Source: Kofleriaceae bacterium
Lineage (GTDB): Bacteria > Myxococcota_A > Polyangia > Haliangiales > Haliangiaceae
NCBI GenBank assembly: GCA_965215005.1
Contig: CBDCCZ010000005.1
Coordinates: 1-64,000, forward strand
Direction of reading: 5' to 3'
DNA length: 64,000 bases
The position numbers and the translations under genes were made by a program. Below the pieces are notes generated by a model. The model saw only the letters and a list, made by a program, of their open reading frames with translations. It was not told the DNA's origin and made no database searches. Of this stretch, positions 1 through 9,008 are shown piece after piece (within the stretch, counting starts at the first letter, position 1; each line of letters starts with the position of its first letter).

Positions 1-53
1 CCCGGATTCAAGAGCGTTCGCTCTTCGCGAGCCCTCTCCTTCCAAGCCGTCAT
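1..53 (-). CDS. N-terminus of ABC-three-component (Lamassu-type, LmuC-like) middle component; runs off the window edge
   Basis: ATG at 53 overlaps the TGA of the upstream gene (ATGA). It reads MTAWKERAREERTLLNPG, resembling the W..R..EE..L.NP start of ABC-3C middle components. Confidence 0.55.
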   Translation of the reverse strand, partial: MTAWKERAREERTLLNP

Positions 54-1263
54 GCCGCGCCCTCCTCACCGACAAGCAGGTGCGCCAATCGATCACGAAA
101 CTCGGGATGCCAAACCGACTCGGAGCTCATCGGCCAGTAGGTGCAGTGAGCCCCGGCAAACAAACGGCTCCGTTACGCTGGGGCGAATGAGTATGGAGGC
201 GTGTTCGGCCCATTTGAGAACAGAGCGAGCGGCCTCTTCCTTGGCGTGGTCTGTCGCCGTGTTCCCTATTTCATCTCGCATACTCTCGAAGACGAGATCC
301 CACTCCTCGCACAGCCGCTTCTCATATCTGCGCAGGTCTAGGCCAACGACGAGTTCGTCCCGGACCCAACGGGACCGCTGCTCAAAGGCGCGGTAGTAGT
401 CGCGGATGGCAGCTGCTACTCGCCGTTTCCCCGCATTGATGAGGTCAAGCTGGTGAACGAAATTCGAGCTCTTGTGGGCCGCCCGCGTCGCGTCGTCGAG
501 GTTGAACTCGAGCAGGTCGTCGTCGATCGGCAACGACTCCTGTTTGAATCCCTCGCGGAGATCGGACATCTGAGCTTCGACCTCGATGGAGCCGATCCGG
601 TCGCCGCTGCGGCTGCAGAGTTGCTCCAGTACCCGCCGAAGCCACCAGCCTTCGAGGCGCTCGAGGAAGGCCACGTGGTGTTCCTTGTCCACCGCCCAGA
701 AGACCTCCCGCCGAAGCTCACCATCGAGGTCGTCGACGGTCGGGAGGGGCCACATCGACAACGGTGACGCGCCCCAGCAATGCAGCGCGCTGTGCCGTCG
801 AGGCGGCCAAGTAGGCCGCGTACGCTGACTGGTTGGCCGCGTTGCTCGATGACTGCGCCGTTCCGTCGAGCCGCGTCCACCGCCGCCGGCACATCGCGGC
901 CGCTGCCTCGTAAATAGGATGCGGCACTGCCGTCCGGACGCTTGACCGGTAGTGACGAGGGCACAGGCTGGCTGTTGCCGGAACCTGTCCCGAGGCTGTC
1001 CCCTCGAACCAAATCCTAAGAGTCTTCCAAAGGTCGGTGCTTGCATCCGTCAACGATGCCGCGGCGCTCCGATGATGCTTCGTCTGCAGAAGTTCCCGTG
1101 GATCGCCGCCGACACTCTCGAACGCGACGTCATCCAGCGTCTCGATTCCCACTAAGAAGTCGGGCTCAGATTTCAGCCGCTTCAAGGTCCATAAGAGCGC
1201 CGAACGCACCTGGTACAGGTAGCCCAGGCTTGCATCGACGGCAGCGTACGGACTGGAAGTCAT
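50..1263 (-). CDS. ABC-three-component/Lamassu effector (LmuA-like): N-terminal Cap4-like PD-(D/E)xK nuclease plus C-terminal domain; frameshifted in this assembly
   Basis: The N-terminus has SLGYLYQ...IETLDDV...LQTKH and the C-terminus has ERLEGWW...RSRWVRDELV...RGSLHLLADELRVGWHPEF. Removing five single extra bases (~960, ~938, ~876, ~745, ~111) gives one 403-codon frame ending in TGA at 50-52. Confidence 0.65.
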
Positions 1264-2748
1264 ACGTCCCCCCTCCAGGTCGGCAAACGCATCGGGATCG
1301 ACGGCGAGCACCTCGAGCGTGCGCTTGCGGACGCCGATCCCGTGCTCGATCAGCAGGTCGATGAGCTTGTCGCCATCGATGAGGGTGATGGGGGCGGCCC
1401 CGCCGGCGAAGGCTGCTTCCTCGGTGCCCTTCGAGAAGCGCGAGGTGGCGATGATGGTGCCGCGGACCGCGTTGAACCGGTAGAGCGAGCCACGGAGCGC
1501 GTCGAGGTCCTTGCGCTGGATGGGCCGTCTGTGTCGCTTGGCCTGTACGACCTCTCGCACCGAGGTGATGCCAAGCTCGATATCAGCGATGACATCCACG
1601 CCGCCGTCGCCAGATCGAGTTGTGACTTCGACGTTCTGATAGTCCATCTCTTCGAGCAGCCGTTTGACGAGGTGCTCGAAGGCGAAGGAGTCCATATCGA
1701 GGAGAAGCTCGCGCATGCTCTCGCGAACCGAGGCCTCTTGCTTCTTGGCCAGCGTCCACAGCTCCTGCTGCTCGTCGCCGCCAAGAGCCTCTTCGGTTCC
1801 AACGCGCTGCAGGTAGGCAAGCCCGGCATCAGTCACCGAGTACATCGTGCCTTTGCGGTTCACGAGCCCGCGGTCGAGCAGGTTGTTGAGGCGCCGACGA
1901 AGCGTATCGCGGAAGGTCGATGGGCTCCCGAAGGAAGAGTGGCGATTGAGGTACTCCGTCCACTCGTCGAGAAGCCCGCCCGCCCGCGTGGGCCCGTTGT
2001 CGGCGACGAGCGCCAGGAGCTTGGCGAGTCCCTCCTGCTCGTCGAGGAAGGCCTCGGCTTCACCGGATTCGCGCTCGATGAAGTCGCGGCCGCGCTCCGC
2101 TAACACGAGGTTGCCGTCGGAGCCTTCCTCGATCAGGCCGTACTTCTGACTCAGAAGCCAGTGGCCATAGGTGTGGCGCGGATTGACCGTCTTCTCGCTC
2201 TGAATCCAAATCGCGCTGGCCAAGTCACGGTCATCGCCGGACAGCCGCTCCGGAATCCAGGCGTCCGGGTCGGTCCAGTCGACGGTGTTTTGCGGTGTTC
2301 CCCGAAGCTCGCCGAGAGTCGCCTGCAGGCCTGTGACCTGCTTGCGCGGCCGATCAGGCCACACTTTCAAGAGATGCCGTACCTCGCGGTAGGCCGGAAA
2401 CAGCGGGGTCCGAACGCGCTGCTCGGTCCCGTCTTGAGCTGTATTCGTACCTCGCCCGGGCGTGTTGGGCGGTTCGCCCCCAGGCTTCGCCTCGGAGGCC
2501 GTGCCAGCAACATGAAGCGCGCGCAGCCCAAAGATCCCAGGCCGCACGCGGACGAACTCGCTCTTGTTGCCGTTGCGCTTGATGTCGACGGCGATCATCG
2601 CGTTGAGCGAGGCTGCCGGCGTCTTGGATGACGACGTGGCCATTCCACGGCTGAGGATCTGATCCGTGAGTTCTTGATAGTGGGTCGGACCAAGCTCGAG
2701 CAGGAGCTGGACGGCCGCTTGTCGTAGGGTCTTCGGACTCTCAATCAT
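1260..2748 (-). CDS. mrr: Mrr-family (type IV) restriction endonuclease with N-terminal HARE-HTH and central winged-helix region
   Basis: Start MIESPK at 2748 follows a GGAGG RBS. HARE-HTH-like motif KTPAASLNAMIAVDIKRNG..SEFVRV.PG.FGL; Mrr catalytic motifs FEHLVKRLL, GDGGVD, VQAKR, ITLIDGDKL. The expected stop at 1260 is out of frame by one base in a G6 run. Confidence 0.85.
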
Positions 2749-2809
2749 GGCGGCCTCCGCGCTAGATTCGAGCGTAGTGGTCCGCCACGTTCCACGAGAG
2801 GGCCACCTG

Positions 2810-5494
2810 CTACCATCCCCTCGACAGACGTTCGACGACGTCCTTCCTCGAAAGCACCTGCGCGCACTTCTCCCAAGGCTCGCCGGTAGGCTCGACGGTA
2901 TCCGAGTAACGAATGTCGAATGCGTTCGCCCGCTTTCTCTTCTCGATGAACTCCGAAAGGCGCTCATCGAGTTCTTCGATGTTCTCGATCCAGTCGTCCT
3001 CGATGACGTCGGGCAGGGAGCCAAAGATATCGTACCTGTCGCGCATCCGCGCCGAGAGGCGTTCGTAGACGCGCTCGTCGCGAGTGCCGTGGTAGACGAG
3101 GTTCAGCATATCGACGCTGTCACGCACCTGTCCGAAGCGCTTGATGCGACCTATGCGTTGCTCTAGGCGGGATGGATTCCATGGCAGGTCGACGTTGATG
3201 AGCGTGCCGAGCGTTTGCAGGTTGAGGCCCTCACAGGCCGCATCCGTCGCGACCACGAGGCGGATCTCGCGCTCCTTGACCGCCTTCTTGATTAGGTCAC
3301 GCTCGACGTGGACCTGGATGTCCCCGCGGAGCATCCGGCTGCGATCCGCTCCAGCGTAGAGGCCGATCGGTTCCTTCGGTAGCTTTGCGGCAAGTTCCTC
3401 CGCCACCCAGCGAGCGGTGTCGTAGTACTGGCTGAAGATAATGCATCCGTAGTTCAGCCACGCGGGTTCGCCTTGGAGATAGTGGAACACCGCCTCGAAC
3501 TTGGGATCCACCGGGCGTTCCTGAAGACAGCTGACGATGTCCTCGAGAGCCGCCCGCTCCGCGTCCGTCAAATCGCTGGGCTTCTCCAACTCGTCGTCGT
3601 CGTCCTCCTCCTCTTTTCCGTCGCGGCCGAGCAACTTGAGCGCGGTGCTCATGCCGGCGGCCAGACTGGAGCAAATGCGCTGCAACAGCAGGCTGCGCAT
3701 GAAGCCCGCAGACTTCTTGCGCTGGCTGAGAAGGGTCGTGAACTGTTCGGCGGCAGCGTACGCCCCGTCGAGTGCTCCGCTGGTCAGTAGCCCGTAGCCG
3801 ACAAACAACGCAGACTGGTCTCGCCGGCTCGGATGTATGTCAACGGCAATGCGGGGGAGGAGGCCCCGCGCCTCCAGGGTGGCGCGCTTGCGGAGCACGG
3901 TGTTGCGAACGATCGGATTGTGCCGCTGAAAGAACCCGAGACCGCTCAACGTCCCCTCGACCCGATCCTTCAGCTCCTCGCGTGTGAACTCCGACAGCTC
4001 AACTGCTGGGCGACTGGAGAAGTGCTCCGTCTCTGGCACGCTGAAGTCCGTGCGAATGTGGTCGAACAGCAAATCCTCATCGCGTGGCGGGAGCGGGTTT
4101 CGAATGAGATCCCAGGCCTCCCCCTCATCGTCGATAGCCCTGGCGCCGGTCACGAAGTCGAGGACATGACGGGACGAACGCCAACGGCTATTTGCGCGAC
4201 CCAAGACGTGATCCGCGCTGCGGCCGAGCACGTCGAGGAGATCCCAAAGTTCATTCACGTCGGTCTGCACGGGGGTCGCGGTGCCGAGGAGGATGTGCCG
4301 CGAGTGCTTCGCGGCCTCCCGCATGAAGGCAAGTAGGTTGTTCGGCTCGCCAGCCTTCTTGCCTGTTCCGCCGGCGCGTCGGGCGCGATGGGCCTCGTCG
4401 AGCACCAGGGTCCCATAGCTCCGGTGAACGAGGTGTGATCGTTCGGCGGTGTGTTGGAAGACGAGCCCGGTCGAGACGATGCCAATCTGGTACGGACACC
4501 GGGCCACGTCCTCGGCTCCTCGCGTTCGGATGTGATGACCGGTGTGGTCGAGCCAGGTCTTCTTGTTGGTCCACACCGCGGACGGAACACCCAGTTTGTC
4601 CCAGAGCTCCACCTGCCACTGCTGGGTCAGCGTGGCCGGACAGAGAATCAGAACTGGCCCGTCCCCAAGGAGGCTGCCAAGCACAGCGGCCGTGGCGAGC
4701 CCGAGGGTCTTGCCGAGCCCGACCTCGTCGGCGAGCAGGAGCCGAACGTCTCGGTACTTCTCGCGATGCTCCATGAACATCGTCACGAAGGACTGTTGCC
4801 ACGGCATGAGCGCCTCGCCCCGCGCGTAGATGGGGGCTTCAGCCATTGCGGCCGCCGCAAGCTCGCCGGGTGGGACGTCTTCGACGCTCTTGAACTCGGT
4901 GCGACGGGCGCAGCGATCGACTTCGTCAATGATGGCGTCGGGAAGCGGAATTCCTTGAGCCCACAGATACTCGAATTCATCGCGCACCCAGGTCACCGCG
5001 CCGGGATCGTCGTCTTCCCAGATGATCTCGTAGTGGTCGCGCCACCCTTCGCGGGTCTCGTTGTTGCTGCCTATGAACGCCAGAGCCGAGCCGTCGTGGC
5101 TCTCGATGACACCAGCCTTGCCGTGCAGAAAGGGGGTGGTTGCGCGGCCAACAACGCGCACGGAAAGGTTGCCGCGCACGAGGAGCTCGAAGAGCTTTCG
5201 GTAGCGGTCCCGTCCCAGGACGCTCTCGGCTTCAGGTGGGCGCTCGAACCACTTCTCGCGTAGGGCCATCGCTTGCTGTGCCGCCGTGCGGGCGGCGGAT
5301 AGGTCGCGCGGGTCGAGGTCGCTGTTGCAAACGACGCGGATCTGCTCTATCGCGGACAGGTCCTCGAAAACCAGGTCGAGGAGGGAGCTACGGAAATAGC
5401 CCGCGATACGGTCGTAGCGGCGGGCACTAAGCAGGCGCTCCCGAAGGAACACATGGTCGAGCTTCCCCTGCCGTGACGAAAATCGCCGAATCAT
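2810..5494 (-). CDS. PLD-like nuclease / SNF2 helicase of the restriction-like (DUF499-DUF3780-DUF1156) anti-phage system
   Basis: PLD-like HGK...GSNN; helicase motifs LLADEVGLGKT, DEAH, TATP, QRIGRIKRFGQ. ATGA overlap with the upstream gene. Confidence 0.9.
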   Translation of the reverse strand: MIRRFSSRQGKLDHVFLRERLLSARRYDRIAGYFRSSLLDLVFEDLSAIEQIRVVCNSDLDPRDLSAARTAAQQAMALREKWFERPPEAESVLGRDRYRKLFELLVRGNLSVRVVGRATTPFLHGKAGVIESHDGSALAFIGSNNETREGWRDHYEIIWEDDDPGAVTWVRDEFEYLWAQGIPLPDAIIDEVDRCARRTEFKSVEDVPPGELAAAAMAEAPIYARGEALMPWQQSFVTMFMEHREKYRDVRLLLADEVGLGKTLGLATAAVLGSLLGDGPVLILCPATLTQQWQVELWDKLGVPSAVWTNKKTWLDHTGHHIRTRGAEDVARCPYQIGIVSTGLVFQHTAERSHLVHRSYGTLVLDEAHRARRAGGTGKKAGEPNNLLAFMREAAKHSRHILLGTATPVQTDVNELWDLLDVLGRSADHVLGRANSRWRSSRHVLDFVTGARAIDDEGEAWDLIRNPLPPRDEDLLFDHIRTDFSVPETEHFSSRPAVELSEFTREELKDRVEGTLSGLGFFQRHNPIVRNTVLRKRATLEARGLLPRIAVDIHPSRRDQSALFVGYGLLTSGALDGAYAAAEQFTTLLSQRKKSAGFMRSLLLQRICSSLAAGMSTALKLLGRDGKEEEDDDDELEKPSDLTDAERAALEDIVSCLQERPVDPKFEAVFHYLQGEPAWLNYGCIIFSQYYDTARWVAEELAAKLPKEPIGLYAGADRSRMLRGDIQVHVERDLIKKAVKEREIRLVVATDAACEGLNLQTLGTLINVDLPWNPSRLEQRIGRIKRFGQVRDSVDMLNLVYHGTRDERVYERLSARMRDRYDIFGSLPDVIEDDWIENIEELDERLSEFIEKRKRANAFDIRYSDTVEPTGEPWEKCAQVLSRKDVVERLSRGW

Positions 5495-8424
5495 GCTCCC
5501 AGCCGCTCCCCCTTCACGAGATCGCGAAGAATGCGCGCTGCGCCGGCTTCTTCGTCCCTGATCCGCTCGAGCTTGCTGGCGAGGTAGCTGGCGACCGCGA
5601 CGATGTCAGAGCGGCGGTTGTAGTAGCCTTGGACGTTGTCACGGAGATGGCTCATCACCTCGTCGGTCTCCAGCTCCGCCTCCAACTCGTAGAGCGCGAA
5701 CAACACGGCGCGAAGCAAGGAGCTGCCGAACTCGTTGTCGCCGAACTCGGACCGTTTGAACTCGCGCGCCGACTTCAGTCTGGCGTTGTTCGCCTTGACG
5801 GTGGCCATCAAGGGCTGCCAGTCACCCACGCGGAACGCCTTCGCGAAGTTCTGGTAGTTGTCGAGCTTCTTGAGCCCAACCGCCTCAAGGTCGAGCATGC
5901 GCAAGTAGAATCGCTCAGCGCCGACGAGCTTCTCCCAGACCTTGGCGTCTAGACCGTCTGGGACGAGCTCCTCGTTGGCGATGGCGACCGCAAACTCGAT
6001 GAGTTCATCGACGATAGTGCGCTCGCCGTCCGTGCGGGGGCGGAGTGCTTCGCGCGTCATGTCGATCCCGTCGATCGCCGTGTACCCGGTCAAGACCCGC
6101 AAGGCGGCCGCGTAGCCAGCCATCTGCAGGTCGGCGTCCTCGAACAGGTTCTCGGAACGTCCGCGGGCGCGAACCTGCTGGTTGAGCCCGATCATGGTCT
6201 CGAGCTGCTTCTTGACCTCTTCCCGCACTTCGAGAACGAGTTCGTCCTTGTACGCCCGGTGCTCCTCAGTCCGCTTCCTCAAAACCAGGATCACGGTGCC
6301 CTGGACGTACCCGCCCTTCTTGAGCTCCGAAGTTGTCTCGGTGGCGATGTACCAAGCCGCGGTTACGCGAAGACCTGCGGCCCAGAAGATACCCGCCATG
6401 TCCCCCCAGACCTTTGCGTCCTGGTGAGTGAACATGACGATCTGCATGCCGTTGTTCGGCATGTGATTGGCGAGAGCGGTGTATGCGTTGACCATCTCGC
6501 GGCGAAAGTCTTCACCGGATCCTCGGATTGCGAGGTCTCGTCGGCTGTCCCATACCCAATCTCGGAAGGGCTCAGGTGGCGCCGTCCGCAACCATGCGAT
6601 GAAGAACTCCGTGATTTCGTCGTACGCGATGGCGTCTGCGTAAGGAGGATCCGTCACAATCAGGTCTGCGTCGACGTTCCACGAAGAAGCTGGAGCAGTG
6701 ATTGCTCGTCGCTTTGTCGCGCTTCCAATGGGGGATGAGCCAACTTCACGCGCAAGCGTTTGCCTAAGATTCTCGAATGATCGTGTCCCATAATTGTACA
6801 GAACGTTTAGCGCTTGATTGTAGAAGACCTGTTCGAGCTTGTCCGCTGAGGGTGCGACGCCCGGCCGGCCGGGGGAGCTCGGATGCCAGCGACAAAGCCT
6901 GGCGGAGCGATCTGCGAGCGAACACAGATCAAAGGCGAGCGCTCCAGAAATAGCTGGGTCCCGAGCGACACGACGGATGGCCGCGTTGTACAGCGAACCG
7001 TACAGGAGAGCCCGCGGCGTGAAGAGATGATGCCAATACGTCCACCCGCGTGTGCGCATCGGTTCATCCGTCTTATCCCCGGGCTGGATCGGCATATCAG
7101 GAACGAGCCCTTCTGCTTGCCAGCTATCCAGGCTCTTCCGTACAACCTCCTCGACTAAGCGCTCTCGCTCGATGTCAGCGGCCGTAACTCCTCGAAGGAA
7201 AACCTCGCTAGACGTTGCTTCGCCCCACTGAACGCAGTAGAGGCGTTCCTGAAAGATGTCGTCGGGCAGGGGGACGATGTCATCCCTGCTCCACAGTCGC
7301 AGGTCGTTCTTGGACTCGCGGCCAACACGGCGATCTCCCCGCAATGTGCGAATCGGAATGCGGTGCTCGATCCCGTCCAGCACGTAAACCAGATCGCCCT
7401 TCCGTACCGTTCCTTCCGATGACGCCTCCAGCTCGGAATCAGATCCGTCGTTGACTACCTCGATTTCAAACCTTTGATTGGTAGCGTCCGCCACAAGTCG
7501 CGCAAATGTCCGCTGGTTCTTGCTGATGAGCCATGACCCCGCCATTGGGACTAGCCAGCCTGTCTCAGGACAGCGCGTCTCGAGGCAATAGAGGAAAGCT
7601 TTGGCTACGTTACCCTCCGAGTCCTGTTCCACACCAAGTTGCATGAGCGCCCGTTCGACTTCCTGTGCAACCGCCGCTCGCGCTTCAGCTATTCTTGAGC
7701 GATGTGCTTCTGATGCTCCAATGACGTTAAATGCACCCCAAGTAAGCATGCATGCGATGGGGTTAAGATCCGACGCGAAGACGTCACATCCCAGACGCGC
7801 TGCCTCAAAGGGGATTGAGCCTCCTCCAGCGAAGGCGTCAGCCACGCGCGGGCGACGGCCGAACCGCAGAATTCCGAGTTGCTCAACGAGTTCGGCGTGC
7901 GAACCCGCGCTGGTACCGAGGTGCAAGTTGACTCTCGTCCAGATCTCTTGGAATGCAGCTGGAGACAGCTCTTCCGGGCGAAGACTCCGCCGGTTCAGCC
8001 GTGCGTCGTAAGGCATACGTGCCAGGACTTGGCCGAGAAGCGAGCGTCGCTCTGCGCCTTTCAACCGCCAGTTCCCGCCGTCATCGAGAAGCCGGTCACG
8101 GAGGTGCCCTCCCCACTGCTCAACGTCTTTCTGAGTGACCTTTTTGAGCCGGTGAACGAACGCGTCGTCGTTCATGGCCATCAGAAGCTCGAAAATTTCG
8201 AGATCCTTCTCCGTGTTTCCTGTCGAAGGAAGGAGAGCTCCAAGGATCGACGCGCGCACCAAGACGAGCGGCTTCCGTCCCTTCCAGTAGCTTCCCAGAG
8301 AGGTCAGCGTTTGGCCTGCGCCCGCCTTTCGCTCACATTGGGCCTCAACTGATACTTTCTGTGCCGGAAAGGCGACCTCGATGAGCGATGGCTTGTCCTT
8401 CCAAGCGCCGGGCTCCATCTTCAT
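5491..8424 (-). CDS. DUF1156 adenine DNA methyltransferase of the restriction-like system
   Basis: N-terminal SLIEVAFP...QTLTSLGSYWKGRKPL; SAM motif DAFAGGGSIPFEA; catalytic TDPPY. ATG at 8424 overlaps the upstream stop. Confidence 0.9.
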   Translation of the reverse strand: MKMEPGAWKDKPSLIEVAFPAQKVSVEAQCERKAGAGQTLTSLGSYWKGRKPLVLVRASILGALLPSTGNTEKDLEIFELLMAMNDDAFVHRLKKVTQKDVEQWGGHLRDRLLDDGGNWRLKGAERRSLLGQVLARMPYDARLNRRSLRPEELSPAAFQEIWTRVNLHLGTSAGSHAELVEQLGILRFGRRPRVADAFAGGGSIPFEAARLGCDVFASDLNPIACMLTWGAFNVIGASEAHRSRIAEARAAVAQEVERALMQLGVEQDSEGNVAKAFLYCLETRCPETGWLVPMAGSWLISKNQRTFARLVADATNQRFEIEVVNDGSDSELEASSEGTVRKGDLVYVLDGIEHRIPIRTLRGDRRVGRESKNDLRLWSRDDIVPLPDDIFQERLYCVQWGEATSSEVFLRGVTAADIERERLVEEVVRKSLDSWQAEGLVPDMPIQPGDKTDEPMRTRGWTYWHHLFTPRALLYGSLYNAAIRRVARDPAISGALAFDLCSLADRSARLCRWHPSSPGRPGVAPSADKLEQVFYNQALNVLYNYGTRSFENLRQTLAREVGSSPIGSATKRRAITAPASSWNVDADLIVTDPPYADAIAYDEITEFFIAWLRTAPPEPFRDWVWDSRRDLAIRGSGEDFRREMVNAYTALANHMPNNGMQIVMFTHQDAKVWGDMAGIFWAAGLRVTAAWYIATETTSELKKGGYVQGTVILVLRKRTEEHRAYKDELVLEVREEVKKQLETMIGLNQQVRARGRSENLFEDADLQMAGYAAALRVLTGYTAIDGIDMTREALRPRTDGERTIVDELIEFAVAIANEELVPDGLDAKVWEKLVGAERFYLRMLDLEAVGLKKLDNYQNFAKAFRVGDWQPLMATVKANNARLKSAREFKRSEFGDNEFGSSLLRAVLFALYELEAELETDEVMSHLRDNVQGYYNRRSDIVAVASYLASKLERIRDEEAGAARILRDLVKGERLGA

Positions 8425-9008
8425 GCGGATGGCTCCTCGGGGTCGCGGAACAGCGAGAGCGTTTGCTGCCGTGCCTTCTTGCTGCGGCGCTGATTGGGCG
8501 CGACCGTCTCCACAGGATTTTCCGTAAGCGCGAAGCGGAGAGCCTTTCGCCACCCGATGTCGCTGTCGTCGATTCCACCGGTGGCCGCCGCCGTCATGGT
8601 GAAGAGCCACCAGCGCTCCTCTGGCTTGAGTCCAGACCAGTTGGTGATGGCGACGGGAATGAGATCCTGAGCAGCATCCTCGATTGCCCACGCCAGAACG
8701 CAGAGTTCCTTGCCGAGCAGGCGCTCGACCTTGTTGTCACCCACGCTCCACCGGCCCGCCGACATGCCCTTCTCTTTGAGGCGCTCGTTGAACACGCGGC
8801 GAACGGCGTCAGCTATCGCCGACCACTTCGGCCGCGCCAACTCGACGCGCTCGATCATGTCCGGGGTGCCTGCGTGGCCCGCACGCAGGCCAAACTGCTC
8901 GACGATGCGCACGGAATCGTTTCGGCCGCGGGGCACCGTCACCACCATGTGGTGCGGGTCCACTGTATCGGGACATCCGAAGCCGACTGTTCCGTGCTCT
9001 TTCTTCAC
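8421..9008 (-). CDS. DUF3780 protein of the restriction-like system
   Basis: Motifs VGFG, N.VERLLGKELCVLAWAIE, W..L.PEERWWL, GWRKALRFAL. The GTG start overlaps the DUF499 stop (GTGA). Confidence 0.88.
   Translation of the reverse strand: MKKEHGTVGFGCPDTVDPHHMVVTVPRGRNDSVRIVEQFGLRAGHAGTPDMIERVELARPKWSAIADAVRRVFNERLKEKGMSAGRWSVGDNKVERLLGKELCVLAWAIEDAAQDLIPVAITNWSGLKPEERWWLFTMTAAATGGIDDSDIGWRKALRFALTENPVETVAPNQRRSKKARQQTLSLFRDPEEPSA

Noticed and set aside
718..3024. 768-aa ORF taken as one protein
   Set aside because: It joins out-of-frame sequence overlapping the helicase gene, the Mrr gene (true start 2748) and the start of the next gene via a probable homopolymer error.
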